DNA of 64,000 nucleotides from Candidatus Omnitrophota bacterium (GCA_020058285.1 JAGVEL010000017.1:2027-66026), one strand, 5' to 3'. Shown: positions 1 through 9,523, counted from the stretch's first letter. The notes: generated by a model from the sequence alone, not told the origin. Program-made: numbers and translations.

Positions 1-342
1 GCCGCGATGACCAGCATCAGAGCCTTTTTGCCTAAACTTCAATTTAGATAAATCTAAATCCAGGCAGTCAGCAATAACTAAAGAATCATTTATTGCGATA
101 TTGCGCTTGAGCATGAAAGGGACAATAGACAAACCGCAGAGATTCATAAATCTCAAGGGCTTTAATAGGCTAATTTCTTGTCCGCGAATACGCCCCTGGG
201 CGACTTTCGCCTGAATACTTAAATCTGTTTTAAAATTTATTTTGTTTTCCTTGGCAATTTGCTCTACGACTCTCGCGCCAATGTTATGACGTGTAAATTT
301 ATATTTTAAGCCAGGATTACCCAGGCCGACGATTAATTTCAT
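1..342 (-). CDS. pth: Peptidyl-tRNA hydrolase (5' part; continues beyond window start)
   Basis: Not in ORF track. Manual translation from ATG at 342 gives MKLIVGLGNPGLKYKFTRHNIG, the canonical Pth N-terminus. ATGA overlap with the rplY stop; usual prs-rplY-pth order. Confidence 0.95.
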   Translation of the reverse strand, partial: MKLIVGLGNPGLKYKFTRHNIGARVVEQIAKENKINFKTDLSIQAKVAQGRIRGQEISLLKPLRFMNLCGLSIVPFMLKRNIAINDSLVIADCLDLDLSKLKFRQKGSDAGHRG

Positions 343-1070
343 TCCTTTGCTTTTTCTTTAGGCTTTTCTTTAGCCGCCTCGGGAGTTTCACCCTCTTTCT
401 CTTTCTTTTCTTTTATAACCTCGGGTTCTTGTTTCACAGACTCAGTAACCACTGCCTCTGCCTCAGCCGGCTTTGCCACCTCTTCTTTTGTCGGAGGCAC
501 AACAGACAGAACAACCATTTCTAAATCCTGCAATGCCACAACGCCCGCTGCTAGCTTTAAGTCCTTTATGCGTATATCATCATTGATCTTAAGATTCGAA
601 ACATCCACTTCAATTTTTTCCGGCAAATCCTTAGGCAAACACTTAACATCCAACTCCCAAACCTGATGACTAAGGACTCCGCCGTCCTGTTTAACGCCAA
701 TTGGTTCACCCTTAGCGATTAAGGGGACTTTAACCGTAATTTCCTTAGTCAGGGATATCTCATTAAAATCAACATGAATCACTGAGCCTTTCAAAGGATC
801 ATACTGGATATCTTTTATTAAAACAGGATGGTCTTTTTCTTTTGATTTTTTAGCGCTAGATGCCTCATCGGTAATCTTTAAGTTAATAATAATATTTTCT
901 GCTGCATGCGAACCCATAAGCCTCTGGAATTTAGTCTTATCTATACTAATCGGAAAATTAATCTTCTCTCCATAGACTACAGCCGGAATAATATTTGCAC
1001 GCCTCAAGGCCTTGGCCTTTGATTTACCTATCTGTTTACGCAACGTCACTTCCAAATTAATCTCTGCCAT
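339..1070 (-). CDS. rplY: 50S ribosomal protein L25/Ctc
   Basis: LRRANIIPAVVYG and IHVDF motifs, Ctc-type C-terminal domain, Glu/Lys-rich tail; position after prs. Confidence 0.95.
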   Translation of the reverse strand: MAEINLEVTLRKQIGKSKAKALRRANIIPAVVYGEKINFPISIDKTKFQRLMGSHAAENIIINLKITDEASSAKKSKEKDHPVLIKDIQYDPLKGSVIHVDFNEISLTKEITVKVPLIAKGEPIGVKQDGGVLSHQVWELDVKCLPKDLPEKIEVDVSNLKINDDIRIKDLKLAAGVVALQDLEMVVLSVVPPTKEEVAKPAEAEAVVTESVKQEPEVIKEKKEKEGETPEAAKEKPKEKAKE

Positions 1071-1088
1071 TAAAACCCTCCAGTGAAT

Positions 1089-2048
1089 CTATGCCGAATC
1101 GTAAGGCTTCGCTTCATCAAATAAGCAGCTTACTGATTCCTCTTTATGAATTCTTTTTATTGCCTCGCCTAATAATGAGGCCACAGAAAGAACCTTTATT
1201 CTAGGGCATTCTTTCTTTCTTGTAAATGGAATTGTATCCGTAATCAAAAGTTCCCTTAGATTTGATTTTTCAATTAGCTTTAGGGCGTTACCGGAAAGCA
1301 CACCATGGACAACTGCAGCGTATATTTCCTTAGCTCCGGCTTTTTTTAATGCCTGTGCTGCTTCAACCATTGAGCTTCCGGTAGCAATCAAATCATCTAC
1401 GATTATACAGTTATGATTATTAACCTCGCCGAGTATATTCATTGCCTCGGTCTGCTCCGGAGAAATCCGGCGCTTATCCACAATGGCTAACTGCGCACTT
1501 AGGCGCTTTGCATATGCCCGGGCCATTTTTATTCCGCCGACATCAGGAGAAACCACAACAATATCCTTCAATTTTAATTTTGTAAAGTACTCCACAAAAA
1601 CATTAATTGCAAAAAGATGGTCCATGGGTATGTCGAAGAACCCTTGAATCTGGCCGGCATGTAAATCAACGGTTAAAATCCTGTCTGAGCCTGCGCTGGT
1701 TAGAAGATTTGCTACTAATTTCGCGGTTATCGGAACGCGCGGCTGGTCTTTTCTATCCTGGCGGGCATAACCATAATAAGGAATAACTGCTGTAATCCTG
1801 GCAGAGGATGCCCGTTTAAGCGCATCAATCATAATCAGGAGCTCTACGAGATTATCATTAGACGGCGGACAGGTCGGCTGGATTACAAAAACATCTTTGC
1901 CGCGTACGTTCTCGTTTATTTTAACCCGAATCTCTCCTTCGCTAAATCTTGAAACCAAAGCATCGCCTAATTGAACTTTCAAATATTTACAAATATCCTG
2001 CGCTAACTTTACATTAGCATTTCCAGTAAATATCGTCAGCTTATCCAT
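1089..2048 (-). CDS. prs: Ribose-phosphate pyrophosphokinase
   Basis: FSEGE, PYYGYARQDRK, DLHAGQIQGFF and IIVDDLIATG motifs. Confidence 0.97.
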   Translation of the reverse strand: MDKLTIFTGNANVKLAQDICKYLKVQLGDALVSRFSEGEIRVKINENVRGKDVFVIQPTCPPSNDNLVELLIMIDALKRASSARITAVIPYYGYARQDRKDQPRVPITAKLVANLLTSAGSDRILTVDLHAGQIQGFFDIPMDHLFAINVFVEYFTKLKLKDIVVVSPDVGGIKMARAYAKRLSAQLAIVDKRRISPEQTEAMNILGEVNNHNCIIVDDLIATGSSMVEAAQALKKAGAKEIYAAVVHGVLSGNALKLIEKSNLRELLITDTIPFTRKKECPRIKVLSVASLLGEAIKRIHKEESVSCLFDEAKPYDSA

Positions 2049-2050
2049 GC

Positions 2051-3367
2051 TTAACCCCTCTTATTAATAAATTTACTTGCTCTTCTTTTTTTGTTTGTTA
2101 TCCGAGCTGGCAAGCCTAAAGCAACTTTGCCGTCCGGAACATTTTTATTTTTAGTCAACACCGCGCCTGCGCCAGTTACTGCCTTCTTACCTACCCTAAC
2201 CGGAGCAATCAACACTGTGTCACAACCAATAAATGCTCCATCGGCGATATTTGTTATAAATTTGTTCTGTCCATCATAATTTGCCGTAACTGTTCCTGCG
2301 CCAATATTCGCATTTTGGCCAATGATGCAATCACCAAAATATCCAAAATGTTTCATAATCGTACCGTTGCCCACGCGTGTGCGAGAAAGTTCAATAAAAT
2401 TGCCTACTGTAATATTATTGCCTAGTCTTACGCCTTTTCTTAAACGGGCAAAGGGACCAATCGAACAATTATTACCAATCTTAACTCCGGCCTCTATATA
2501 GGTAAACGGATATATTATGCAATCTTGATTAATCTCAACATCGGCTTCGATATAAGTAGTTTGGGGGTCAATTATTTTTACGCCGAGATTTAAAAATTCA
2601 TTTATAATTTTTAAACTAAGAATCTTCTGCGCTTTGGCTAATTCTACAGCAGAATTTATTCCCAAAACATCCTCTACATGGTCTACGCAAATACTTTCAA
2701 TACGCTCTTCGCCCTCAAACTCTCTTGCTGATAGAATCTGGATACAATCGGTTAGATAAAATTCGTTTTTATTCGGCCGGCGGGTAACGGACTTTAACGC
2801 CTTGCGCAACTCATCTTTTTTAAAACAATATATTCCGCTATTAATCTCGGCTATCTGTTTTTCCTTGTCAGTTAAGTCAATTTCTTCGGTGATTCTTTCA
2901 ACCTGGCCAGCTTTGTTCCGGATAATCCTGCCGTAACCATAAGGGGAATCGGAGAAACCGCTAACTAAGGAAGCCACTCTGCCGCTTTGGATATGGGAAG
3001 AAATCAGTTTTTCAATATTATCCGGGCTAAATAAAACAACATCAGCGCTGATAATAAACACGTCGCTGATATTCTTTGATAATTTCGCAATACCTTGTTT
3101 CGCTGCATCAGCAGTGCCTAGCGGTTTTTGCTGGATAGTGATTCGTATTTTTTTGCTTTTTTTCTTGAGGCTTTTAGTTAAAAATAATAAATCTTTGTTT
3201 AAAACTAAAATTATTTCTTCAAAAGATTTAACCTCCAGTAAATTGTCAATGACCATCTCAAGCAAACTCTTGCCGCAGATTAAGCTTAAAACCTTTGGCT
3301 TGCTAGACTTCATCCTCACGCCCTTGCCTGCGGCAAGGACTATTGCGCTGATTTTTCTCTTTTGCAT
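2051..3367 (-). CDS. glmU: Bifunctional UDP-GlcNAc pyrophosphorylase / glucosamine-1-P acetyltransferase
   Basis: LAAGKGVRMKS, YGRIIR, EINSGIY, EFYLTD, hexapeptide repeats, NIGAGTVTANYDG. Confidence 0.93.
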   Translation of the reverse strand: MQKRKISAIVLAAGKGVRMKSSKPKVLSLICGKSLLEMVIDNLLEVKSFEEIILVLNKDLLFLTKSLKKKSKKIRITIQQKPLGTADAAKQGIAKLSKNISDVFIISADVVLFSPDNIEKLISSHIQSGRVASLVSGFSDSPYGYGRIIRNKAGQVERITEEIDLTDKEKQIAEINSGIYCFKKDELRKALKSVTRRPNKNEFYLTDCIQILSAREFEGEERIESICVDHVEDVLGINSAVELAKAQKILSLKIINEFLNLGVKIIDPQTTYIEADVEINQDCIIYPFTYIEAGVKIGNNCSIGPFARLRKGVRLGNNITVGNFIELSRTRVGNGTIMKHFGYFGDCIIGQNANIGAGTVTANYDGQNKFITNIADGAFIGCDTVLIAPVRVGKKAVTGAGAVLTKNKNVPDGKVALGLPARITNKKRRASKFINKRG

Positions 3368-3385
3368 TTGGAAATTATAATGTTC

Positions 3386-3730
3386 TCAATAATTTATAAG
3401 CCCTGTCAGCATCTTGCAGATTTCGTCTAAATTCCCTTTTAAAGCCTGTGCTTTTTCTACTTTGATGAGCCCTTTTCGCTTACACAGCTCAATAATCGGT
3501 ATACATTCAAAAGCAGAACCGCGTGAAATTCTAAAGAAGTTTATTCTATCTGCTTTATGATATCTTCCATTTCCTTCGGCGATATTCGTAGCTATGGATA
3601 ACGCCGCTCGATTCAAATGATCAGTTAGGTAATAACTTCTTTTTGGGAAGTCTTCGATTAAATTCCCGATTTCTTCGGCTAGAGCAATAGCCTTTTTATA
3701 AACTTCAAGGTTTTCAAATAAAAATGCCAT
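3386..3730 (-). CDS. Four-helix-bundle protein (23S rRNA intervening-sequence / S23-like family)
   Basis: FENLEVYKKA...RAALSIATNIAEGNGR...FFRISRGSAFE signature. Confidence 0.9.
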   Translation of the reverse strand: MAFLFENLEVYKKAIALAEEIGNLIEDFPKRSYYLTDHLNRAALSIATNIAEGNGRYHKADRINFFRISRGSAFECIPIIELCKRKGLIKVEKAQALKGNLDEICKMLTGLINY

Positions 3731-3740
3731 TTATTACTTC

Positions 3741-3821
3741 TTGAACAATAGAACAATTGAACAATAGACCGCAATTGAGCTTTTGTTTGTCTATTGTCTA
3801 TTTTCTATTGCTCAATTGCTC
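3741..3821. repeat. Short-period (7-8 nt) tandem repeats arranged as an inverted pair
   Basis: gaacaata/gaacaatt units followed by complementary tctattg/tcaattg units, between tRNA-Gln and the four-helix-bundle gene. Confidence 0.75.
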
Positions 3822-3847
3822 TGCCAAATTTTTCTAGAGGAAAAATT

Positions 3848-3922
3848 TGGCTGGGACGTCTGGACTCGAACCAGAATAGCGAGACCCAAATTCTCGTGTC
3901 CTACCAATTAGACGACATCCCA
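3848..3922 (-). tRNA. tRNA-Gln (TTG)
   Basis: Reverse complement TGGGATGTCGTCTAATTGGTAGGACACGAGAATTTGGGTCTCGCTATTCTGGTTCGAGTCCAGACGTCCCAGCCA: acceptor stem, anticodon stem CGAGA/TCTCG with TTG, GGTTCGAGTCC T-arm, encoded CCA. Confidence 0.95.
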
Positions 3923-3937
3923 AGATTATTTAAAAGC

Positions 3938-4360
3938 TTAAAAAGATGTCTGTCCGCTTGGCCTTCTTTGAGCTACTTCGGGACCTTTGGCTTTTTCAGA
4001 CCCGTAAGCATCCAGCACCTTTTTCTGCAAATATTCGCGAAAACTTTGCGTTATGGGGTGGGCTATATCCCTGTGTTCAGATTGCGTTTTATCCGGAGAT
4101 TGGGGAACACCGCGTTCAAAATCAGGTAATGGACTAGCACACTGGTTACAAAATTTAGATTTAGCTTCGTTACGGAAAGAACATTTTTGGCACATATATT
4201 TAATCTTTCTGGAAGGCATGGCGATAAATAATCCGGAATTACCTTCAATGACTTTGATGTTGCGCACTACAAACGCATTGTCAAATGTTACTGTTGCATA
4301 CGCCTTGAGTTTCTTATCCGGACTTTCTCTCAAGAATATTCTAGTTTCAGTTATCTCCAT
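3938..4360 (-). CDS. spoVG: SpoVG family protein with inserted CxxC...CxxC zinc ribbon
   Basis: MEITETRI...KAYATVTFDNAFVVRNIKVIEG..GLFIAMPSRK and HRDIAHPI, interrupted by CQKC...CNQC; follows ispE. Confidence 0.9.
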   Translation of the reverse strand: MEITETRIFLRESPDKKLKAYATVTFDNAFVVRNIKVIEGNSGLFIAMPSRKIKYMCQKCSFRNEAKSKFCNQCASPLPDFERGVPQSPDKTQSEHRDIAHPITQSFREYLQKKVLDAYGSEKAKGPEVAQRRPSGQTSF

Positions 4361-4381
4361 AGCAATTACCTCCTTAAACCT

Positions 4382-5269
4382 TTAGCAAGTTCTGACAATA
4401 AAAATGCGCCAATCCTTAAATTTACCCAGCCTTCTCCTGAAATGTTCTCCCTCCTTTCTGGAACGCAAAATTCCAAACACGCTGGAGCCGCTTCCAGACA
4501 TAGCCACTGCATTAATGCCCAGGGAATAAAGAGTCTGTTTTATCGTAAGTATCTGGGGCAGTAAAGTTATGGCTGCCTGTTCTAAATCGTTGTAAAGCCC
4601 TTTAGCAAACAGTTCAGATTGCTTTTCTTGGCTTGATTTTATGAGGGAAGCCATTATCTTAACATCCCCCTTAGGTTTTGTCAATCTTGATTCTCTTCTT
4701 TGCAGCCGATCAAACTGCTTATAAACCAAGGCAGTAGATAAATTATTCTTGGGTACAACTAAAATATGCCAGAGCTTTAATCCGGTCTTTATCCGGCTAA
4801 ATTTCTGCCTTGGTTGTTCGGCCAGGCAAAACTCGCTGTTAGTAATGAAAAATGGAACATCTGCGCCAATAGTAGCAGCTATATTTATAAGTTCTTTTTT
4901 ATCTAACCTTAACTGCCACAAATGGTTTAAGCCCAAAAGCGTAGCTGCTGCGTCAGAAGAACCTCCGCCTAAGCCTGCACCCGGAGGAATTGCTTTCTCT
5001 ATGAAAATTTGCAGCCCTTGCTTAATTGAAAACTTTTTTCTTAACGCATCCGCTGCTTTATAAACTAAATTATCTTTGCCTGTAGGTACGTGGGGACAAT
5101 CGCAGCAAATTTTAATTGCTTTGCCCTTGCTTTCCCTAAAAACTAATTTATCAAATAGGTTTATGCGTTCAAATACGGTCTGGATATCATGAAATCCATC
5201 AGGTCTTTTACCTAAAACGCGTAGATATAAATTCAGTTTTGCTGCAGCTTTAACATGAAGCCCAGGCAT
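4382..5269 (-). CDS. ispE: 4-diphosphocytidyl-2-C-methyl-D-erythritol kinase
   Basis: AKLNLYLRVLGKRPDGFH, PGAGLGGGSSDAA, GADVPFF, MSGSGS. Confidence 0.96.
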   Translation of the reverse strand: MPGLHVKAAAKLNLYLRVLGKRPDGFHDIQTVFERINLFDKLVFRESKGKAIKICCDCPHVPTGKDNLVYKAADALRKKFSIKQGLQIFIEKAIPPGAGLGGGSSDAAATLLGLNHLWQLRLDKKELINIAATIGADVPFFITNSEFCLAEQPRQKFSRIKTGLKLWHILVVPKNNLSTALVYKQFDRLQRRESRLTKPKGDVKIMASLIKSSQEKQSELFAKGLYNDLEQAAITLLPQILTIKQTLYSLGINAVAMSGSGSSVFGILRSRKEGEHFRRRLGKFKDWRIFIVRTC

Positions 5270-5272
5270 TGT

Positions 5273-6211
5273 TTAATATCTATCCAGAATCTGCTTACAA
5301 GCTTTAATAATATCATTGGCTGTCAGGCCGTATTCAGCCATCAGCTCATCGCCTTCACCGGACTGGCCAAATCGTTCTTTTATCCCAACCCTGGCCATAA
5401 AAATCGGCTTATTAGCCAGCACAACATCATCAATTGCAGAACCTAAGCCGCCGTTTATAACATGCTCTTCACATACAACTATGCCCTTAGTCTCCTCTGC
5501 TGCCTTTATTATTGCCTGATTATCTAGCGGTCTTACCGTATGCATATTAATTACCCTAGCCTCAATTCCCTGCTTGGATAACTCAACACTAGCCTTAAGC
5601 GCCTGTTCAACCATTATCCCGCAGGCAATAATTGTTATATCCCTACCTTGACGTAACGAGCAAGATTTCCCAATTTGGAAATCGCCCTTTCCTTCAATTG
5701 TTGTAACTTTTGACCTGCCTAAGCGTATATACATCGGACCAGGAGTTTTAACTGCCGTATATATTGCCTGGGTTGTTTCGTGCGCATCGCATGGCACAAC
5801 TATCGTCATATTCGCCGGTATCGCGCGCATTAAGGCAATATCTTCAATCGCCTGATGGCTGCTGCCGTCAGGGCCAACAGTTAAACCGCTATGAGTAGCA
5901 ACTATTTTAACATCAAAATTATTAGAACAAATTGAATTGCGTACCTGATCCCACGCCCGGCCAACAGCAAACATGGCAAACGTAGAAGCGAATACAATTT
6001 TTCCACAACTAGCCAGGCCTGCTGCCGTAGCCATCATATTTTGCTCGGCCACGCCAAAATTAAAAAACCTTTTCGGAAATTCCTTAGCAAAAAGTGCAGT
6101 ACGCGTAGAGCCGGAAAGATCAGCATCTAAAACCACAATATTGGGGTTATCTTTACCTAACTTTACTAACGCCTGACCATAGGCATCTCTTGCATATAAT
6201 TTTTCTAGCAT
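5273..6211 (-). CDS. Transketolase, C-terminal (pyrimidine-binding) subunit
   Basis: DADLSGST, GVAEQNM, GPDGSSHQAIED, EEHVINGGLG. Confidence 0.93.
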   Translation of the reverse strand: MLEKLYARDAYGQALVKLGKDNPNIVVLDADLSGSTRTALFAKEFPKRFFNFGVAEQNMMATAAGLASCGKIVFASTFAMFAVGRAWDQVRNSICSNNFDVKIVATHSGLTVGPDGSSHQAIEDIALMRAIPANMTIVVPCDAHETTQAIYTAVKTPGPMYIRLGRSKVTTIEGKGDFQIGKSCSLRQGRDITIIACGIMVEQALKASVELSKQGIEARVINMHTVRPLDNQAIIKAAEETKGIVVCEEHVINGGLGSAIDDVVLANKPIFMARVGIKERFGQSGEGDELMAEYGLTANDIIKACKQILDRY

Positions 6212-6212
6212 A

Positions 6213-7034
6213 TTACTCTAATTCCTCTAGCGCTTGCTTGGTCTCGTCGTTATTCGGCGCGCGGCCATGAAAGTCCGCTACATGCTCCATGAATGAAACG
6301 CCCTTACCTTTTACGGTATTAGCAATGATAACTGATGGTCTATCCAAAACCATCGCCGCCTGCTCAAACGCTTTCAAAATCTCTTCCATTTTATGGCCAT
6401 CTATCGAAATAGTATTCCAGCCAAAAGCCTTCCATTTTTCGGCCAATGGCTCAATATTCATAATATCGTTGACTTTACCATCAATCTGAAAACCATTATG
6501 ATCAACAATCGCACAGAGATTTTCACATTTATAATGCGCACTGGCCATTGCTGCTTCCCAGACATTGCCTTCCTGTACCTCCCCGTCGCCTAAAAGTACG
6601 TAAACACGGTAATCTTTTTTATCAATCTTTGCAGCTAAAGCCATACCTAGCCCCACAGAAAGTCCCTGGCCTAAAGAACCACTTCCCACTTCTATGCCAG
6701 GCGTGCGCCTGTCAGGATGGCCCTGAAGCAGACTGCCTAATTTACGCAATTTTGTAAGTTCTTGTTTTGGGAAATATCCGCTTTCAGCCAAGGCAGCGTA
6801 AACAATCGGACAGGCATGGCCTTTAGAAAGATGAAACCTATCTCTCTCTGGCCAGGTAGGATTTTTAGGATCATGGCGCAACACGTGAAAATATAAAGCA
6901 CTAATAATATCTGCAGATGATAAAGAGCCTCCGGGATGGCCGCTGGCAGCAGTTGAGAGCATTTGAATTACTGATTTTCTTAAAATCTTTGCCTTGGCTT
7001 CTAATTGCTTTATTTTATCTTGGGGGGGCATCAT
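6213..7034 (-). CDS. Transketolase, N-terminal (TPP-binding) subunit
   Basis: SGHPGGSLS, DRFHLSKGH, LQGHP, GSLGQG, and GDGE...N TPP motif. Confidence 0.94.
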   Translation of the reverse strand: MMPPQDKIKQLEAKAKILRKSVIQMLSTAASGHPGGSLSSADIISALYFHVLRHDPKNPTWPERDRFHLSKGHACPIVYAALAESGYFPKQELTKLRKLGSLLQGHPDRRTPGIEVGSGSLGQGLSVGLGMALAAKIDKKDYRVYVLLGDGEVQEGNVWEAAMASAHYKCENLCAIVDHNGFQIDGKVNDIMNIEPLAEKWKAFGWNTISIDGHKMEEILKAFEQAAMVLDRPSVIIANTVKGKGVSFMEHVADFHGRAPNNDETKQALEELE

Positions 7035-8014
7035 TATTCTGCGGTTTTGCGATTAATCTTTTCTTGAATGGTATTGCGTATCTTCTTATCCAGCTCTTTT
7101 GACTCAAGTACTTTCTGCCAAATTTCTTTTGCCTTTGCCTGATCGCCGAGAGCAGAATAAATATCTCCCAGATGGTCAAAAATTACCGGATCCTCCAGCA
7201 TATTTGCAGCCTGCTCTATTTTTTCCCGAGCTTCTTTTAGCTGACCTTTCTTGAAATAAACCCAGCCCAGACTATCAACATAGGCGCCGTTTTTGGGTTG
7301 CTGCTCTAACGCCCGGGAAATCAATTTTTCTGCTTCATCAAGGTTCTGATTCATCTCTGCATAAATATAACCCAGGGCATTTAAGGCATCGGCATTATCC
7401 GGACTTATTTCTAAAATCTCTTTAAATTCTTTTATTGCTTCAAGCCGCTTTTCCTGCTCATCATAAATCAGGCCAATAAATAATTTCGCCTCTATATATT
7501 TGGGGTCGGATTTTAATATAGACCTAAACTGCTCCAGGGCCTTATCAAAATTCTTTTTCTGAAAATAAAGCTGGCCTAGATAATTATGTATATCAAGATT
7601 GTCCGGCTCTTGTTCTGAAGCTTTCTTTAAGATAATTTCATATTGGTTTTGAGCTAGATCAAGCTGATTTTTAGAAGTGTATATTAGGGCAAGGATTGTG
7701 CGGGCGCCTAAATTTTCCGGATTTACCGCAAGTATTTTATTTAACTGCTCAATCCCCTCTGTAGTATGCCCTAGTTTTATATAATCAATAGCAATCCTTA
7801 AGGCGATTGAGTCAGAGTCTGGGTCAAAACGTCTTGCCTGCTCAAATTCCTTTAATGCTTCTTCGGTCTGGTCAAGGTTATCAAGAAATACGCCCATCAT
7901 ATAATGGGCGTAAGTTTGAGAGTTCTCTCCAGATTTTGCCTGTACTGCCGAAGTAGATAATAATAACCAGCTGCAGACAAAAATCAACGACAACAAAAAG
8001 CGAAACCTTAGCAT
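7034..8014 (-). CDS. Secreted tetratricopeptide-repeat protein
   Basis: Signal peptide (AVQA), repeated TPR helices, ALNALGY...YVDSLGWVYF motif. Confidence 0.88.
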   Translation of the reverse strand: MLRFRFLLSLIFVCSWLLLSTSAVQAKSGENSQTYAHYMMGVFLDNLDQTEEALKEFEQARRFDPDSDSIALRIAIDYIKLGHTTEGIEQLNKILAVNPENLGARTILALIYTSKNQLDLAQNQYEIILKKASEQEPDNLDIHNYLGQLYFQKKNFDKALEQFRSILKSDPKYIEAKLFIGLIYDEQEKRLEAIKEFKEILEISPDNADALNALGYIYAEMNQNLDEAEKLISRALEQQPKNGAYVDSLGWVYFKKGQLKEAREKIEQAANMLEDPVIFDHLGDIYSALGDQAKAKEIWQKVLESKELDKKIRNTIQEKINRKTAE

Positions 8015-8065
8015 AGTAGTAGCCTAAACCTTCTGCCTATCCAAAAAATTCTTAAAAAATTCTCA

Positions 8066-8167
8066 TCAACCCCAAGCGCGTTTCTTCAAATGTCTGAGTC
8101 TACGACGCATCTTTTTTCTTTTATGGGTGCGGATCTTTCTACGTTTACGTTTTCTGCCACAAGGCAT
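8066..8167 (-). CDS. Small basic ribosomal protein bS22-like (AURKAIP1/COX24 domain), 33 aa
   Basis: Below the ORF-track cutoff. Translates MPCGRKRKRRKIRTHKRKKMRRRLRHLKKRAWG; strong RBS AGGGGAGG upstream; matches the MPxGxKRKR...THKRKK pattern. Confidence 0.85.
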   Translation of the reverse strand: MPCGRKRKRRKIRTHKRKKMRRRLRHLKKRAWG

Positions 8168-8178
8168 AACTTCCTCCC

Positions 8179-9051
8179 CTATAATATTATCTTATTTAAC
8201 GGATATTCCACAATACCTGCTGCCCCGTTTTTCTTCAGTTGTGGAATAATCTCACGGACAATTGCCTCGTCAATAATTGTCTCGACTGCTACCCATCCTG
8301 AATCGCTAAGATTAGATATAGTTGGTTTTTTTAAAGCCGGTAAGGTCTGCAGGACTTTTTTTAAATTCTTGCAACTTACATTCATTTTAAGGCCAACCTT
8401 GCCTTCAGCAAGTATTGCTCCTTCAAGAAGCATGGCCAGTTCCGCAATCTTTGCCTTCTTCCATTCGTTTTTATAACTTTGCGGGTTTGCAATTAGCTTT
8501 GTTGTCGATTCGCAGACCGTATCAATTATCTTTAATTTATTAGCCCTTAATGAAGAGCCTGTTTCAGTTAATTCAACGATTGCATCAACTAAACCCTGGG
8601 CAACCTTGGCCTCAGTAGCGCCCCAACTAAATTCCACATAGGCATTTACTTTTTTGCGCTTCAGGAATTTGCGCGTGACATTAACTAATTCAGTGGCAAT
8701 CTGTTTTCCTTCTAAATCTTTAACCTTTCTTATTGATGAAGCCTCTGGCACAGCAATAACCCAGCGCACTGCAGCCATTGACTGCTTGGCATAGACTAAT
8801 TCCTTAACCCGGATAACCTTAGCATCGTTCTCTTGAATCCAGTCTTCTCCGGTAATGCCGCAATCCAGGTCTGTTTCCACATAGCGCGGAATTTCCTGGG
8901 CGCGCAAAAGAACCGGCTCAATTTCCGAATCATCAATGCTCGGAAAGTAAGAGCGCGTGCCCACATTCACTTTAAAACCTGCCTTCAGGAACATTTTAAA
9001 GGTTGCCTCTTGCAAGCTTCCTTTGGGCAGGCCTAATTTTAGCTTATTCAT
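8179..9051 (-). CDS. hisG: ATP phosphoribosyltransferase (long form)
   Basis: [42 protein letters not shown]-terminal regulatory domain. Confidence 0.95.
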   Translation of the reverse strand: MNKLKLGLPKGSLQEATFKMFLKAGFKVNVGTRSYFPSIDDSEIEPVLLRAQEIPRYVETDLDCGITGEDWIQENDAKVIRVKELVYAKQSMAAVRWVIAVPEASSIRKVKDLEGKQIATELVNVTRKFLKRKKVNAYVEFSWGATEAKVAQGLVDAIVELTETGSSLRANKLKIIDTVCESTTKLIANPQSYKNEWKKAKIAELAMLLEGAILAEGKVGLKMNVSCKNLKKVLQTLPALKKPTISNLSDSGWVAVETIIDEAIVREIIPQLKKNGAAGIVEYPLNKIIL

Positions 9052-9090
9052 TTAACCCAACCTGTCTTTTATTTAAATATATTTGAACTC

Positions 9091-9119
9091 ATTATACTTT
9101 TTTTTAATATTCTTGTAAA
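9091..9119 (-). promoter_or_regulatory. Sigma70-type promoter for the hisG-led operon
   Basis: TTTACA-17 nt-TATAAT on the - strand. Confidence 0.6.
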
Positions 9120-9250
9120 GGCAAATTTACAACCGCAAAGAACGCAAAATTCACTTATTATAAACTTCTAAAATAAAACGCAAAGGCTGCAAAAAAATAA
9201 CGCAGTCCTGCCTACGGCAGAGAAGGATACGCCTCTTTGTTTATACTGTC

Positions 9251-9415
9251 CAGCGGGTGACTTGGCTTGATTCGAGCAGCATCTTGAAAATTCGAGCGGG
9301 CATGGTTCGCCTGCTAATACAGTTTGCGAGAGCAAGAATTTTCACGAAGCGCAGTCCCGCCTCGCTGGGGCGGAACAAGCGGTTCTGCGAGAACAAGACA
9401 AGACAGGACCCGCTG
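9251..9415. repeat. GC-rich long imperfect palindrome (structured element)
   Basis: cagcgggt/acccgctg outer stem, cttggcttgattc/gaacaagacaag, gaaaattc/gaattttc inner stem, side hairpin ccgcc...ggcgg; sits in AT-rich intergenic DNA. Confidence 0.6.
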
Positions 9416-9466
9416 CCCAATAGAATTCACACATAACTGAGTATACTATCCTAAGGAAATTACAAA

Positions 9467-9495
9467 TTGACACTTTTCTAAAACCGTGTTAAATT
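9467..9495 (+). promoter_or_regulatory. Sigma70-type promoter with extended -10
   Basis: TTGACA-17 nt-TAAATT preceded by TGn; RBS AAGGAGGT at about 9511 before GTG 9524. Confidence 0.7.
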
Positions 9496-9523
9496 AATTT
9501 AATAAGCCTTAAGGAGGTGTGCT

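Noticed and set aside
3386-3730. Diversity-generating retroelement (Avd-like gene; near-identical repeat pairs elsewhere)
   Set aside because: No reverse transcriptase in the window, and mismatches in the 10623/11262 pair are mostly synonymous rather than adenine-specific.
3848-3922. Prophage or genomic island integrated at tRNA-Gln
   Set aside because: No integrase and no duplicated tRNA 3' end seen; flanking genes are housekeeping apart from one small gene.
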